Positions 49,433-58,886 of a stretch of DNA of 64,000 bases are shown piece after piece. The first letter of the stretch is position 1; every line of letters begins with the position of its first letter. The position numbers were made by a program, and so were the translations under genes. Origin of the DNA: a virus; IMG/VR virus record IMGVR_UViG_3300006931_000001, positions 53,395 through 117,394 of that record. One strand, given 5' to 3'. The notes beneath the pieces are model-generated. The model did not search any database. It worked only from the letters and a program-made list of their open reading frames with translations, and was not told where the DNA came from.

Positions 49433-49824
49433 AAGGTCGAGTAAGACTGACTGACGAGCAAGCGCTGAAAATGAGCGCTGAGTACAATCTCCTGCTAGAG
49501 CAAGCTGCAACACAGCTTTCAGACCATAAAGACTGGTTGGTCCAGCAGATTTATCTCGTCTCTCAAGAGAATTGGGAAGAGATTTTGCTGAGCAAAGGTG
49601 GTGCTAGTTGCTCTCTTACGGAATATACGGCTAGGATACTCATTGATATTTACCAGCTTAAAATCGCTCAAGTCATCGTAGAGCCGCATGCTAGAGATAA
49701 TAAAGGAGAACTCACATTATCTATTATGTATGAATATCCTTTGGAATTGTATGCATTCTTGCGAAACGAAAAAACACCTAAAGCTCTGAGAGATACACTA
49801 GCAGGCGGCATCGATATTGATTGA
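49429..49824 (+). CDS. Hypothetical protein
   Basis: 131 aa, ATGA coupling. Confidence 0.5.
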   Translation: MKGRVRLTDEQALKMSAEYNLLLEQAATQLSDHKDWLVQQIYLVSQENWEEILLSKGGASCSLTEYTARILIDIYQLKIAQVIVEPHARDNKGELTLSIMYEYPLELYAFLRNEKTPKALRDTLAGGIDID

Positions 49825-49828
49825 AAGG

Positions 49829-49889
49829 TATGTTATGCGTAAACTTATTAAATTTATATGTTATGCGTAAACTTATTAAATTTATATGT
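49829..49889. repeat. Perfect 28-bp tandem duplication spanning a gene start
   Basis: TTATGCGTAAACTTATTAAATTTATATG twice (49833-49860, 49861-49888). Confidence 0.95.
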
Positions 49890-50462
49890 CCTATTGGACA
49901 CGAAGAGGATCGTTTAGTTAACATTGATATAACTAACGATTGTTGGCCTCTATCACAAGAGGTAGAACGATGCACTATGAAGCCACAAAATCCAAATCCT
50001 GAATATATTTCTGATTTCATCAAGTCTGAAGTTAAAATGCCACCCGTATCTTCAGTTTTCAAATCAGAAGCTGAAATACCAGCTGAAATGTCACTGTGGC
50101 AAGTACATCGTTGTGATTTAGCACCCGTTGCGAAAGCTTGTGAAATTCACATAATTGATACGTTGAGAACATTTAGTGGTTGGATTATTCGTGATATGTA
50201 TAGTGGTGGATGTAGCCATGGCCTACGTCGCTCTGATGCTGAGCATATTGTCGCGCTTCATAATGCGTCGATTTCGCTCAGTGATACTAGTGAAAATTCA
50301 ACAGATAAAGAAGCAGAGGAAGTTGATCCACTATTCAATCTAGAAATTGATACACTCAAAAAACTATTGCATCGAATTGCGTCATATACTACAGCTGTTG
50401 ATGATGTTTCTGCGCTGGTAAAAGCATTTCTTGACTTAAAAGAAAACGTGTACGGAAGCTAA
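49863..50462 (+). CDS. Hypothetical protein with zinc-ribbon-like N-terminus
   Basis: MRKLIKFICPIGHEED...; starts in second repeat copy. Confidence 0.5.
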   Translation: MRKLIKFICPIGHEEDRLVNIDITNDCWPLSQEVERCTMKPQNPNPEYISDFIKSEVKMPPVSSVFKSEAEIPAEMSLWQVHRCDLAPVAKACEIHIIDTLRTFSGWIIRDMYSGGCSHGLRRSDAEHIVALHNASISLSDTSENSTDKEAEEVDPLFNLEIDTLKKLLHRIASYTTAVDDVSALVKAFLDLKENVYGS

Positions 50463-50466
50463 AATT

Positions 50467-51177
50467 ATGAAGCGTGATGACTCCGACCTTGAATGCATGA
50501 AAAAACAGCTACGCAGGCTGTCTAGTAGAGGTCCAGTGCGTGACACGCACAAGGAGCCAGACACGTCACTAAAACGCGTCCAGAGCAAGCGGAAGCGCCA
50601 AAACAGCAAGACCAAAGGCAACTCCTACGAGAACAGAATTGCAAAGAAATTTGCACATTGGAGTGGTCTAGAGATTAAGCGTACGCCTAGTAGCGGTGGA
50701 TGGGGAACAGCCGCATTTGGAGTTACTGGTGATTTAGTATGTACCAGTAAGAAATTTCCATTTCACGTAGAGTGTAAAAAGCGTGAAGGCTGGACATTGG
50801 ATGATCTAATCATTGGAGTTCGCAAGCGCGATACACGCTCTATCATTGCATGGTGGCTGCAATGTATAAATTCGTGTCCAAAGAATAAAATTCCAGCGTT
50901 GGTGTTTGCTAGAAATCATTTACCTGATTTGCTCATGCTCAAGCGCACGGATTATGGCTCTCTGTTCAAAGTCGGTGACTTCACACGTGATCTGATTCCG
51001 CACTTTGTATTCAATATGGACGAATATGAAGTGGTGATAATAGCACTAGATGATTTCTTTTTGCGAGTCAGACCACCGAAAGGTTGTAAACATCGCAAAA
51101 AATGGGTGGCTGGTAGTGCAGGTGATTTAATAAAAATAGCCAGAGACAAAAACGACAACACGTCATCGGAGGATTGA
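50467..51177 (+). CDS. Holliday junction resolvase (Hjc-like PD-(D/E)xK)
   Basis: SKTKGNSYENRIAK, RTPSSGG, GDL, FHVECKKRE, WWLQ. Confidence 0.85.
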   Translation: MKRDDSDLECMKKQLRRLSSRGPVRDTHKEPDTSLKRVQSKRKRQNSKTKGNSYENRIAKKFAHWSGLEIKRTPSSGGWGTAAFGVTGDLVCTSKKFPFHVECKKREGWTLDDLIIGVRKRDTRSIIAWWLQCINSCPKNKIPALVFARNHLPDLLMLKRTDYGSLFKVGDFTRDLIPHFVFNMDEYEVVIIALDDFFLRVRPPKGCKHRKKWVAGSAGDLIKIARDKNDNTSSED

Positions 51178-51179
51178 AA

Positions 51180-51659
51180 ATGTCTACGACAATTGTTACT
51201 GAAATCACGACGCTTTTCCAGGATATGACAATGGCCGTGTCGCAACGCATCGGTGCACACGTAATTGCTATGGTCAATCATGCATTTAGTACCGTAAAAG
51301 ATATTAACCACGTATTTAGTTTATTAAATAATGTAGATACAATTTCAGTACGACGCAGCAAGAAACAGCGTGCTGTTAGTCATGCGAAGAAAAAAACAGA
51401 GAAACAGCAATCGACAGAAACTGCTGATACGTCACAATCAGCAGATAAGAAAAAGATCCAAAAGAAGTTCAAGAAGCGAGAAAAGAAGAATAAGGATAAA
51501 ATGTATCGTCTGCGTAAATTGGTTGCATCTGGTGTCGGCCTAAAGCCAGACGACGTCGAATTTGTGAAGGAGTATGAACGCAAGCACAGTGTGAAGGTTT
51601 CGCTTTTGGCGCAATTGAAAAGCGAAGCGAAAGAGACAGAGAGTCATGCCCAAGAGTAA
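51180..51659 (+). CDS. Basic hypothetical protein
   Basis: GGAGG RBS; Lys-rich. Confidence 0.5.
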   Translation: MSTTIVTEITTLFQDMTMAVSQRIGAHVIAMVNHAFSTVKDINHVFSLLNNVDTISVRRSKKQRAVSHAKKKTEKQQSTETADTSQSADKKKIQKKFKKREKKNKDKMYRLRKLVASGVGLKPDDVEFVKEYERKHSVKVSLLAQLKSEAKETESHAQE

Positions 51660-51825
51660 AAATCGTCGTAGTGTCAGCATTACAGCTGAGACTTACGATA
51701 GATTAACAGTGTATTGCACTCACAAGAATAAGAAGCGCTCTCCGATCGTTGAGCAATTACTGCTCCAATTTCTCGATCGAGAGGCTCAATTTACTGTACC
51801 TAACGAAAATCAAGAAGATGGCTAA
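51646..51825 (+). CDS. Ribbon-helix-helix DNA-binding protein (59 aa, not in ORF track)
   Basis: MPKSKNRRSVSITAETYDRLTVYC....KRSPIVEQLL: alternating strand then two helices. Confidence 0.6.
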   Translation: MPKSKNRRSVSITAETYDRLTVYCTHKNKKRSPIVEQLLLQFLDREAQFTVPNENQEDG

Positions 51826-52189
51826 GTACAGATTTATCGATTTTGAGTGTCCACACTGTGGTCATCAAGAAGAACGTTTTTTACACTTTGAAGGCGACAC
51901 ACCACCCGAGCAAGTATGCGGAGCGCTGATATATGATCCAAACCTGCATATCGTAGGTCAAACTGTTTGGGGAGTCCTAGAGACTGGTGTCCATTTTCAA
52001 GTATGCAATAATGTAATGCATGCTCTTGACTCATGTGCACGGATCAAGACAATCGTAAAAGGAAATTCTGATTATAACGATCGTGAACGACATCGCCTAG
52101 AAAAGCGTTCGAATGAGCACTGGCTCAAAAAAGGACGTGACGAAGCCATCGACAGACAGCGTTTGATGAATAAGAAACTTGAACTCTGA
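51818..52189 (+). CDS. FmdB-like zinc-ribbon protein
   Basis: YRFIDFECPHCGHQEERF...VC. Confidence 0.55.
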   Translation: MAKYRFIDFECPHCGHQEERFLHFEGDTPPEQVCGALIYDPNLHIVGQTVWGVLETGVHFQVCNNVMHALDSCARIKTIVKGNSDYNDRERHRLEKRSNEHWLKKGRDEAIDRQRLMNKKLEL

Positions 52190-52198
52190 AGGAATATT

Positions 52199-52516
52199 AT
52201 GAGATCGAAAGTACCAAATAAGATTACGAGCGAACATGTGGATGAGATTGTGAATCTGGTAGAAACAATCGTCTGCATGATTGTTGACAACGCAGAGACA
52301 GTCACAATCACACCAACCGTGTCCGAGAATAAAACTGGCATGATCATCGAGATCAACGTGGATCCTGATGACATGCCATTCCTTCTCGGACGCGACGGCC
52401 AGAACATCGGAGCCATCGACAGGCTCACGCGTGCGGCGTGCGCTCGGCTCGGCGTGGATTGTCACGTCAACGTACTGGAGCGGCACGACATGACCGAGCG
52501 TCGAACGGATGGGTGA
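52199..52516 (+). CDS. KhpA-like single KH-domain RNA-binding protein
   Basis: LVETIVCMIVDNAETVTI...IEINVDPDDMPFLLGRDGQNIGAIDRL follows the KhpA/YlqC pattern with GxxG loop. Confidence 0.8.
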   Translation: MRSKVPNKITSEHVDEIVNLVETIVCMIVDNAETVTITPTVSENKTGMIIEINVDPDDMPFLLGRDGQNIGAIDRLTRAACARLGVDCHVNVLERHDMTERRTDG

Positions 52517-52652
52517 ACGCACGTTCCGGTATCTCCAGTGAGGTCTGTGACATCACAGGCTTTCGACGAGAGCTAACTGATTCTGGCCTCTAGGTTGATG
52601 CTCCCTTTGTGATGTGGTTGCGCTGTGACAAATCTTGGCTTACGCTGTCCTG

Positions 52653-52925
52653 ATGAGAAAAACAGGACGACGACGCAAGAGGAGCATCAAACTGCAGGTA
52701 CAGCATCGTAAGGCGATGTGGTACATGAGCCGCGGCTACCCCGCTCGGTACGCCGCCTGGAAGCTCGGCGTTCACTATAAAACGGTGGAAGCCTGGCATC
52801 GGAAAGCAGGCACGGACGGTCGCGCTTACCGTCGGTTATTGGCTCGTGTAATGGCACTTGAGCCTATGCGTCAAAAGCAGTTTGCAGAGAAACTCAATAG
52901 CACTCTCTACGGGAGTGCCAAATGA
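52653..52925 (+). CDS. Helix-turn-helix protein
   Basis: GYPARYAAWKLGVHYKTVEAW; start uncertain (52635 or 52653). Confidence 0.55.
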   Translation: MRKTGRRRKRSIKLQVQHRKAMWYMSRGYPARYAAWKLGVHYKTVEAWHRKAGTDGRAYRRLLARVMALEPMRQKQFAEKLNSTLYGSAK

Positions 52926-53668
52926 GCAAGAATAAGAAGCCAAAAGAAAAGAAGTCAAATGGAGCTGTACATACTCGTAGTGGTAATCGTGATTCTGCTG
53001 TTATTGCAGATACAAATTCTGCTGTTAGCAAAACATCTGGTAAAGAAGAAATAGAAGATAGCTCTTGGACGTGGACTCCACAGCGTGAAATGTGCCTGGA
53101 TATGATGTTTAAAGGAGCATCACAGCGCGCGATCGCTCTGGAAACTGGAGTTCATTATAACACGATAGGTAACTGGATTCGACGTCCAGAATTTATGCAA
53201 CGGTTGGCTGAGCTCGGAGCACAGCAGGCTCAGCAGGTGCGGTTAATACGCATACAGCAAACTAATGCATTCACGTCACGTATCAGCAAACTTGCTGATA
53301 TTACATTAAAATCAGCAGAAGAAAATCCACGAAATTCTGTAGCTGCAGAAAAAGCTATTGTATGGCTTGAGCAATTTAAGAGTTTCAGAGAAGAGGAGCG
53401 AGTCAATGCTGGTGAAAATGTTCACCGCGTTCAAATGTCTGGTGTGGTTGGTCATGTGCACGGCGTACGCCAAGCCAGCTTCAGGAGTTTCCTCACAGAG
53501 GCTGTAGAGAAGAATATTATCGATGTGGAAGCCATCGAGGCATCTGGTGACAGCGCTGGTGATATAATCATAGCGATCGTGCAAGCTGCACTCAGAGAAG
53601 GTGATGTGCTAGATACCATCACTGAAGAGGATAAACAGCTTGCGCTGGCGGAAGGAACTCCGCAGTGA
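52922..53668 (+). CDS. Putative terminase small subunit (HTH)
   Basis: SQRAIALETGVHYNTIGNWIRRPEF HTH plus helices; coupled directly to TerL. Confidence 0.65.
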   Translation: MSKNKKPKEKKSNGAVHTRSGNRDSAVIADTNSAVSKTSGKEEIEDSSWTWTPQREMCLDMMFKGASQRAIALETGVHYNTIGNWIRRPEFMQRLAELGAQQAQQVRLIRIQQTNAFTSRISKLADITLKSAEENPRNSVAAEKAIVWLEQFKSFREEERVNAGENVHRVQMSGVVGHVHGVRQASFRSFLTEAVEKNIIDVEAIEASGDSAGDIIIAIVQAALREGDVLDTITEEDKQLALAEGTPQ

Positions 53669-55467
53669 AGATCGTCAAAGGCTCACATATCAGCAGTGTG
53701 GATGCAGCTGAGATAAAACGTATTCTTGGCAAAATTCCAGACGGCTCCATCGGTGATGTGCTTGAACAGTTATCTAGAGAAGATCCTCTCATTTTCTGTA
53801 ATTACTACAGAAAACTACGAGGTTATCCTCTAACATATGATGCTCGTAAGGCACTCAGTGACACAGCGATTGCTGAACTCAGGAAGAAATATCCAGACGA
53901 TCCTGATGATCAAAAATCACCATTTAAATTACAGCTTCTAACCACACAATTACGACATCGACCATTTCTGATCCAGCCATTGCGAGACAAGCATCGGCAT
54001 AAAGTTTATCAGAAGGCTCGCCAGGTTGGTGTAAGTGAGCTGTCCATTACGGAGACAGCTCATTTTTTGTGGGCTAATCCTAATAAAAAGTGGATATATA
54101 CATTTCCTCGTGATACACAGCTAAAGGAATTTAGCGTCACACGTATCTCAGAAATGTTCAATGAGACAGCGCGCACCAAGAGCATGCTCACTGCGCCGCC
54201 TGCTACCTATGTGCGCAAGATTGGTAGCAGCTATCTCATCCTGCGTAGCGCTTGGGAAAGCCAGTTAGGTGAAGGTGTTGACGCCGATGGTGTCACGTTC
54301 GATGAGAAAGATCGAATGAAGGAAGGCGTGGAGCTGGCCTTCATTGAGTCGATGAAATCTTCACCGTATAGCCTACTACGCGAGGTGAGCACACCGACCA
54401 TACCAGGACGCGGCGTCAATAAATCATTCATGCACAGCGATCAGCAAAACTGGCTAGTACGCTGCATGAAATGCACACTCGAGCAAGAGATCGAGTATCC
54501 AGATAACATCCTACAATTAATTAATATTCCAACAGGTGTACGAGAAATACCACCGAACAGCTACGATTTTCGATGTCGTAAAACGAAATGTCGAGGTCCG
54601 CTGAATCGGATGGAAGGTCGCTGGGTACCTAAATATACACAAAACAAAGATATTCGTGGATATTTTATACCACAAGCCATAGCTCCGTGGATCAGTGCCA
54701 CAGGCATGATGGCTGAGCGACTGATAAAATACCAAGGATTCTGGCAATTATGGACTAACTATGTCCTAGGATTGCCAGCGATGGGTGAAAACATCCTCGT
54801 AAGTGAGGATGATTTTAAGCGTGCCTGCGCTGGTCATGGATTACTCGCACATCGTACAAGTGATTGGGATTGTGTGAGTGTTGGCATCGATTGGGGAAAT
54901 CTCAATTGGTGCGTGGTGATGGCACGCAACGTACACAATAATAGACCATATCTCATAGGACTGTATATTGCTCAAGACAACGACGCAAAGGAGCTAGATG
55001 CAGCTAAAGCGATCGAGCGATACATCGGACCATTTCAGCCGGATATTATCATCCCTGACGCAGGTTACGGTAAGGATCGCAATGCTTATTTGCTTCGTAA
55101 GTTTGGTCAAGGCAGGCTGTATGCATGCTGGTACAACCCCAGCACTAAGGCATCGCGTACATTCCAGCCTGTATGGAGTGCACCTGAACAAGCACGCCTA
55201 TTGGTGGACAGAACGATGACGCTGAAACGCACATGCCAAGCGTTGCAGGAAGCTGAATTTGGTCTACCTGATCTTGATCTTCAGGATATGCAGACATTTC
55301 AAAAGCATTTTCTCAATCTCGCGCCTTTACGTGTAGAAGAAGGCGGCGAGATATTTGAAGAGGTTACGAGCAAAGGTGATGACCACTTTGTACATGCCTG
55401 TGGTTATGCATTTATTGGATTAGATCATCTCATGAAAGGTGGAGCATTTAACTATGATTTCTTGTGA
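53665..55467 (+). CDS. terL: Terminase large subunit
   Basis: Walker A QKARQVGVSE, YTFP, Walker B VTFDEKD, VSTPT, CxxC zinc region, nuclease VGIDWG / PDAG / DDHFVHA. Confidence 0.92.
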   Translation: MKIVKGSHISSVDAAEIKRILGKIPDGSIGDVLEQLSREDPLIFCNYYRKLRGYPLTYDARKALSDTAIAELRKKYPDDPDDQKSPFKLQLLTTQLRHRPFLIQPLRDKHRHKVYQKARQVGVSELSITETAHFLWANPNKKWIYTFPRDTQLKEFSVTRISEMFNETARTKSMLTAPPATYVRKIGSSYLILRSAWESQLGEGVDADGVTFDEKDRMKEGVELAFIESMKSSPYSLLREVSTPTIPGRGVNKSFMHSDQQNWLVRCMKCTLEQEIEYPDNILQLINIPTGVREIPPNSYDFRCRKTKCRGPLNRMEGRWVPKYTQNKDIRGYFIPQAIAPWISATGMMAERLIKYQGFWQLWTNYVLGLPAMGENILVSEDDFKRACAGHGLLAHRTSDWDCVSVGIDWGNLNWCVVMARNVHNNRPYLIGLYIAQDNDAKELDAAKAIERYIGPFQPDIIIPDAGYGKDRNAYLLRKFGQGRLYACWYNPSTKASRTFQPVWSAPEQARLLVDRTMTLKRTCQALQEAEFGLPDLDLQDMQTFQKHFLNLAPLRVEEGGEIFEEVTSKGDDHFVHACGYAFIGLDHLMKGGAFNYDFL

Positions 55468-55672
55468 GTGCTTGAATGTGGTTGAAAATCAAGGTCTAGA
55501 TATTACACCAGTGCTGGATAAAGACGGTACCATCTTATGGTGGTCTGTCGGTAAACGCTGTGTGGACGTCAAAACAGGTAGAAACTTTACAGTTAATACT
55601 GTGGAAGGTTCATCTATCTGTGAAGGCGTTTACAATTTCATGAGCAAATATCCATTATGTCGTTCCGACTAA
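55454..55672 (+). CDS. Hypothetical protein
   Basis: GGAG RBS, overlaps TerL stop. Confidence 0.45.
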   Translation: MISCECLNVVENQGLDITPVLDKDGTILWWSVGKRCVDVKTGRNFTVNTVEGSSICEGVYNFMSKYPLCRSD

Positions 55673-55905
55673 ACAATAATTTATGTATTGGTGTGGCTAA
55701 GCCGGACGGCGGACGCGTTCATTATACTGAAAGAATCGTTACTCGTATCGTGCTGAGTGAACCTATGACATTAATTCCCGGACGCATTATGCGTTTTGAG
55801 GTTGGTATATGTGAGATATGTTACGACTACATGAATCCTCCTGATGATGAGGATAAAGAAGACTCCACAGTTACGGAAGTAGATCCTCCAAAAGAGATAG
55901 GATAA
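55657..55905 (+). CDS. Hypothetical protein
   Basis: 82 aa, C...H...CEIC. Confidence 0.45.
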   Translation: MSFRLNNNLCIGVAKPDGGRVHYTERIVTRIVLSEPMTLIPGRIMRFEVGICEICYDYMNPPDDEDKEDSTVTEVDPPKEIG

Positions 55906-55911
55906 TGATCA

Positions 55912-56127
55912 ATGACTGAACAAGAAATCACAGAATCAGCTATTACTATTCAAAACGAGATTATAAGAATTGTAGACAGTAATGCTGAAATTGGTCTTAT
56001 AGTTTTAGCTATAATAGTAGACAAACTCATACGACTTGTATGTCAAACACCTGAAAAAATCTTATCATTTAATCAAGAGATACTAACTAAACTCAAAGCT
56101 AAAATTCTAGAACTAAATCAAAACTAA
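55912..56127 (+). CDS. Hypothetical protein
   Basis: 71 aa, AGGA RBS. Confidence 0.45.
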   Translation: MTEQEITESAITIQNEIIRIVDSNAEIGLIVLAIIVDKLIRLVCQTPEKILSFNQEILTKLKAKILELNQN

Positions 56128-56156
56128 AATTCTCGAACTAACAAAGGAAAAACAAA

Positions 56157-57599
56157 ATGAATCGTCATGCTTTGCTTATTCTGCCATTCATCATCGCTTG
56201 TCACAGCTCTTGTCGCTCTGAATTTCAAACCAAAACACAAAATGCAACACAAGCTGTCAGCGCAGGATGTCCATCTCCTGTTCCCAATGACGGACAAGAC
56301 GACACCGCTCTACTGCAACAAGCTATCGATAATCGCTGCTGCCTAGATCCTGGCATCTATGACGTGATAACACCTACACCAATTCCTGGGCAGCGTCGGC
56401 GTTACGATATGCTCAAGATTACACCGAGCGGACAGCTCTGTGGTTCCAACGCAGAATCCACAATTATCGTATTTCATGGTGACGCTGGAAATCAGGACTG
56501 GCGTGGCGTGGAGATGACAGGTTCATCCATCTCTGACATCACGCTACGCACAGACAGTGCGATGATTAACACGGTGGAGCAGACGCATCTTGTGCACAGC
56601 ACAGGTCCAAGCGTCATTACTGTTGAGAGAACAGTCTTGGATCATCCAATTCGAGGCACGCTGCCAGGCGGTGATTGTCTGGACCTAGTAGGATATTCAC
56701 CAGACCAAATCATCACAGCTGTGGTGAGGAATAATAATTTTCTTCATTGTGATCGTGGCGGTCTGCAGGTTCACAGTGGCGCTTATGATCTGATCGTAGA
56801 TAGTAATGTATTTAACGATACAGGTGACGTCGACATCAACAGTGAAGGCTCTGGCGGGTCTGGTCGATGGACAATCACACGCAATAAATTCAAGAAATCC
56901 GCGAATAATCAAGGTGCATACGCCATAGCTCTTGATTTGGTTGATGACGTTGTGGTGGCAAATAATACCATGGAACGTGGTATGTATCTATATTCTGCTA
57001 CACGAGTAGCCATCACACACAACGTGATTGACGCGTCGAGCGGCAACAGTGCTGCTAGTGGCGCTGTGGAACTCACCAAAGCGAGCAATCAATGCCAGAT
57101 TATGGATAACGTCATCACGAGACGTGCAGCATTGCCAGCTGGACCTGTGGTGCACGTAGGTCCGCACGGTACAGAACAGGCTCAAGATGTTGCTATCACG
57201 CGAAATGTGATGCACCAAGAAACCACCAATGATGTGATTTTCTTGGAAGGTACAGCGAATATATCCATGTTCGATAACACAATTTCATACGAAGGTGGCA
57301 CATCTACATCAGTTGCTGGACTGCGTTTGCTCGGTAGCGGTGGAGCATCTGGCACGATGACATCTTATATTTCTCTCATTCACAACACATTCAATGGAGC
57401 TCTGGCTCAAGCTATTCTCACCGGAGGCGCCAATGGACGTCAGAATATAGGTTCACTACTTGCGGCATGGAATACAGCATCTGTCAAAGGTTTGCAATGT
57501 GTAAATCTTAGCGGAATCACAGGACCAATTATGCTTGTGTACAATCAATGGTTAGCTACTAGCTGCGGCGTACCGTCGATTGCTGTAACTATCCCATAG
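56157..57599 (+). CDS. Putative lipoprotein with right-handed parallel beta-helix (pectin-lyase-like) fold
   Basis: MNRHALLILPFIIAC lipobox-like leader; PNDGQDDTALLQQAID...LDPGIY; repeated I-x-x-N-x-F/I rungs. Confidence 0.78.
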   Translation: MNRHALLILPFIIACHSSCRSEFQTKTQNATQAVSAGCPSPVPNDGQDDTALLQQAIDNRCCLDPGIYDVITPTPIPGQRRRYDMLKITPSGQLCGSNAESTIIVFHGDAGNQDWRGVEMTGSSISDITLRTDSAMINTVEQTHLVHSTGPSVITVERTVLDHPIRGTLPGGDCLDLVGYSPDQIITAVVRNNNFLHCDRGGLQVHSGAYDLIVDSNVFNDTGDVDINSEGSGGSGRWTITRNKFKKSANNQGAYAIALDLVDDVVVANNTMERGMYLYSATRVAITHNVIDASSGNSAASGAVELTKASNQCQIMDNVITRRAALPAGPVVHVGPHGTEQAQDVAITRNVMHQETTNDVIFLEGTANISMFDNTISYEGGTSTSVAGLRLLGSGGASGTMTSYISLIHNTFNGALAQAILTGGANGRQNIGSLLAAWNTASVKGLQCVNLSGITGPIMLVYNQWLATSCGVPSIAVTIP

Positions 57600-57634
57600 A
57601 CATCATTTGCATTTATGCAGACTAGAGGTTCAGC

Positions 57635-57865
57635 ATGTTGTCATTTATTCAGGATTTTGAAAGTCAAGTTAGTAAACTAATTACTTGTTTATATGCACAC
57701 ACAGGTAAGAACGCACTTATTAGTGTAAAACTAGCATCACCTGCGTTTGATACAATTCGCGATTATTATGTAAGTCGTGCAATTGTACTTAGCATGACAA
57801 TTAAGGATTCGTACTTCACCATAATGATATTTGGTGGTTTAGTGAAAATCGAACGAGAGGAGTAA
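57635..57865 (+). CDS. Hypothetical protein
   Basis: GAGG RBS, 76 aa. Confidence 0.45.
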   Translation: MLSFIQDFESQVSKLITCLYAHTGKNALISVKLASPAFDTIRDYYVSRAIVLSMTIKDSYFTIMIFGGLVKIEREE

Positions 57866-57870
57866 TCTAA

Positions 57871-58107
57871 GTGAGCTGTCCACATGGTTCGATGTCAGAC
57901 CCTAAGACGTGTAGTCAATGTCTTGGCATTGTTGCGAAACGCATTACCGTACATAATGGTGAAGTACGTATTAATGCAGTACCACTAGACGTAGAAAACA
58001 AACCGCGAGGTCGTGAACTAATTAAAAAGTACAACACAGCAGCGTTTCGTACTGCCAGAGACTCTAAGAAGCAACGCGCTGCAGCTGTACACCGGAAGCA
58101 GAAGTAA
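57871..58107 (+). CDS. Hypothetical protein
   Basis: CPHG...CSQC; GAGGAG RBS. Confidence 0.5.
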   Translation: MSCPHGSMSDPKTCSQCLGIVAKRITVHNGEVRINAVPLDVENKPRGRELIKKYNTAAFRTARDSKKQRAAAVHRKQK

Positions 58108-58124
58108 ATCAGAGATTAGCAGTC

Positions 58125-58391
58125 ATGAAGCCATCTGAGCGTTCTGCAAATAGATTCTTGTATCTTCAAAAGCTGAAGGAACAGCGTACAGCTAATAAGG
58201 AACTCATCAACAGGAAAAACGCTTGGAAAGAAGCGCAAAGGCGACAGCAACATATATTCACAACTGAAGAAAAAGTGCAAATATTATATTCTCTACGTCG
58301 TCTTGCTGCAAATCTAGAGATGTACTGTGCTTTGCTAATAACAGAAGATGTCAACTGGAGAAGTAAATATGCAGATAAAAAAGGCTCGTAG
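58125..58391 (+). CDS. Hypothetical protein
   Basis: 88 aa, helical. Confidence 0.45.
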   Translation: MKPSERSANRFLYLQKLKEQRTANKELINRKNAWKEAQRRQQHIFTTEEKVQILYSLRRLAANLEMYCALLITEDVNWRSKYADKKGS

Positions 58392-58886
58392 AATTTATAA
58401 TACACAAAATTATCAAACACTTATTGATACTATAAGACATATAGTTGAAGAACACGCAATAATTATAAATGTTCCCTTGAGCTCAAGTTACGAAACAACA
58501 TCATCTATATCTATTCCGTTTTCGTCTTATTCTTACTGGTTCAGCCAACGCAACGTACAGTGACAAGATCCAAAACATCAAAACCAAAGAGCAGTGATCT
58601 ATTACGAGCACGTCATGCGCAATGTATTGGTGAGATGGTTGGTCTGTACCTTCAAATTGCGTACAAAACTGAGCCGTGGTGGCGCTGGACATGCTCACTC
58701 GCCATAGCTCTGCAGCTACAGAAAGCTATTATATGCTCAAAGACGTAAGCATATATAAAGAATTGGCACGCTATCCAATTAATAGATGGCGCTCACAACT
58801 CGGAAAACATATGCACATACCAGCACGCTACTGCTCTAAGCTCGCATGTGAGATTCAAGATCCTGACACGCTAGTAAACTACAAAG

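Noticed and set aside
31856-55467. Inteins or group I introns in PolA, RecA or TerL
   Set aside because: ORFs are contiguous and of ordinary length; inserts are short, with no intein splice motifs or homing-endonuclease domains.
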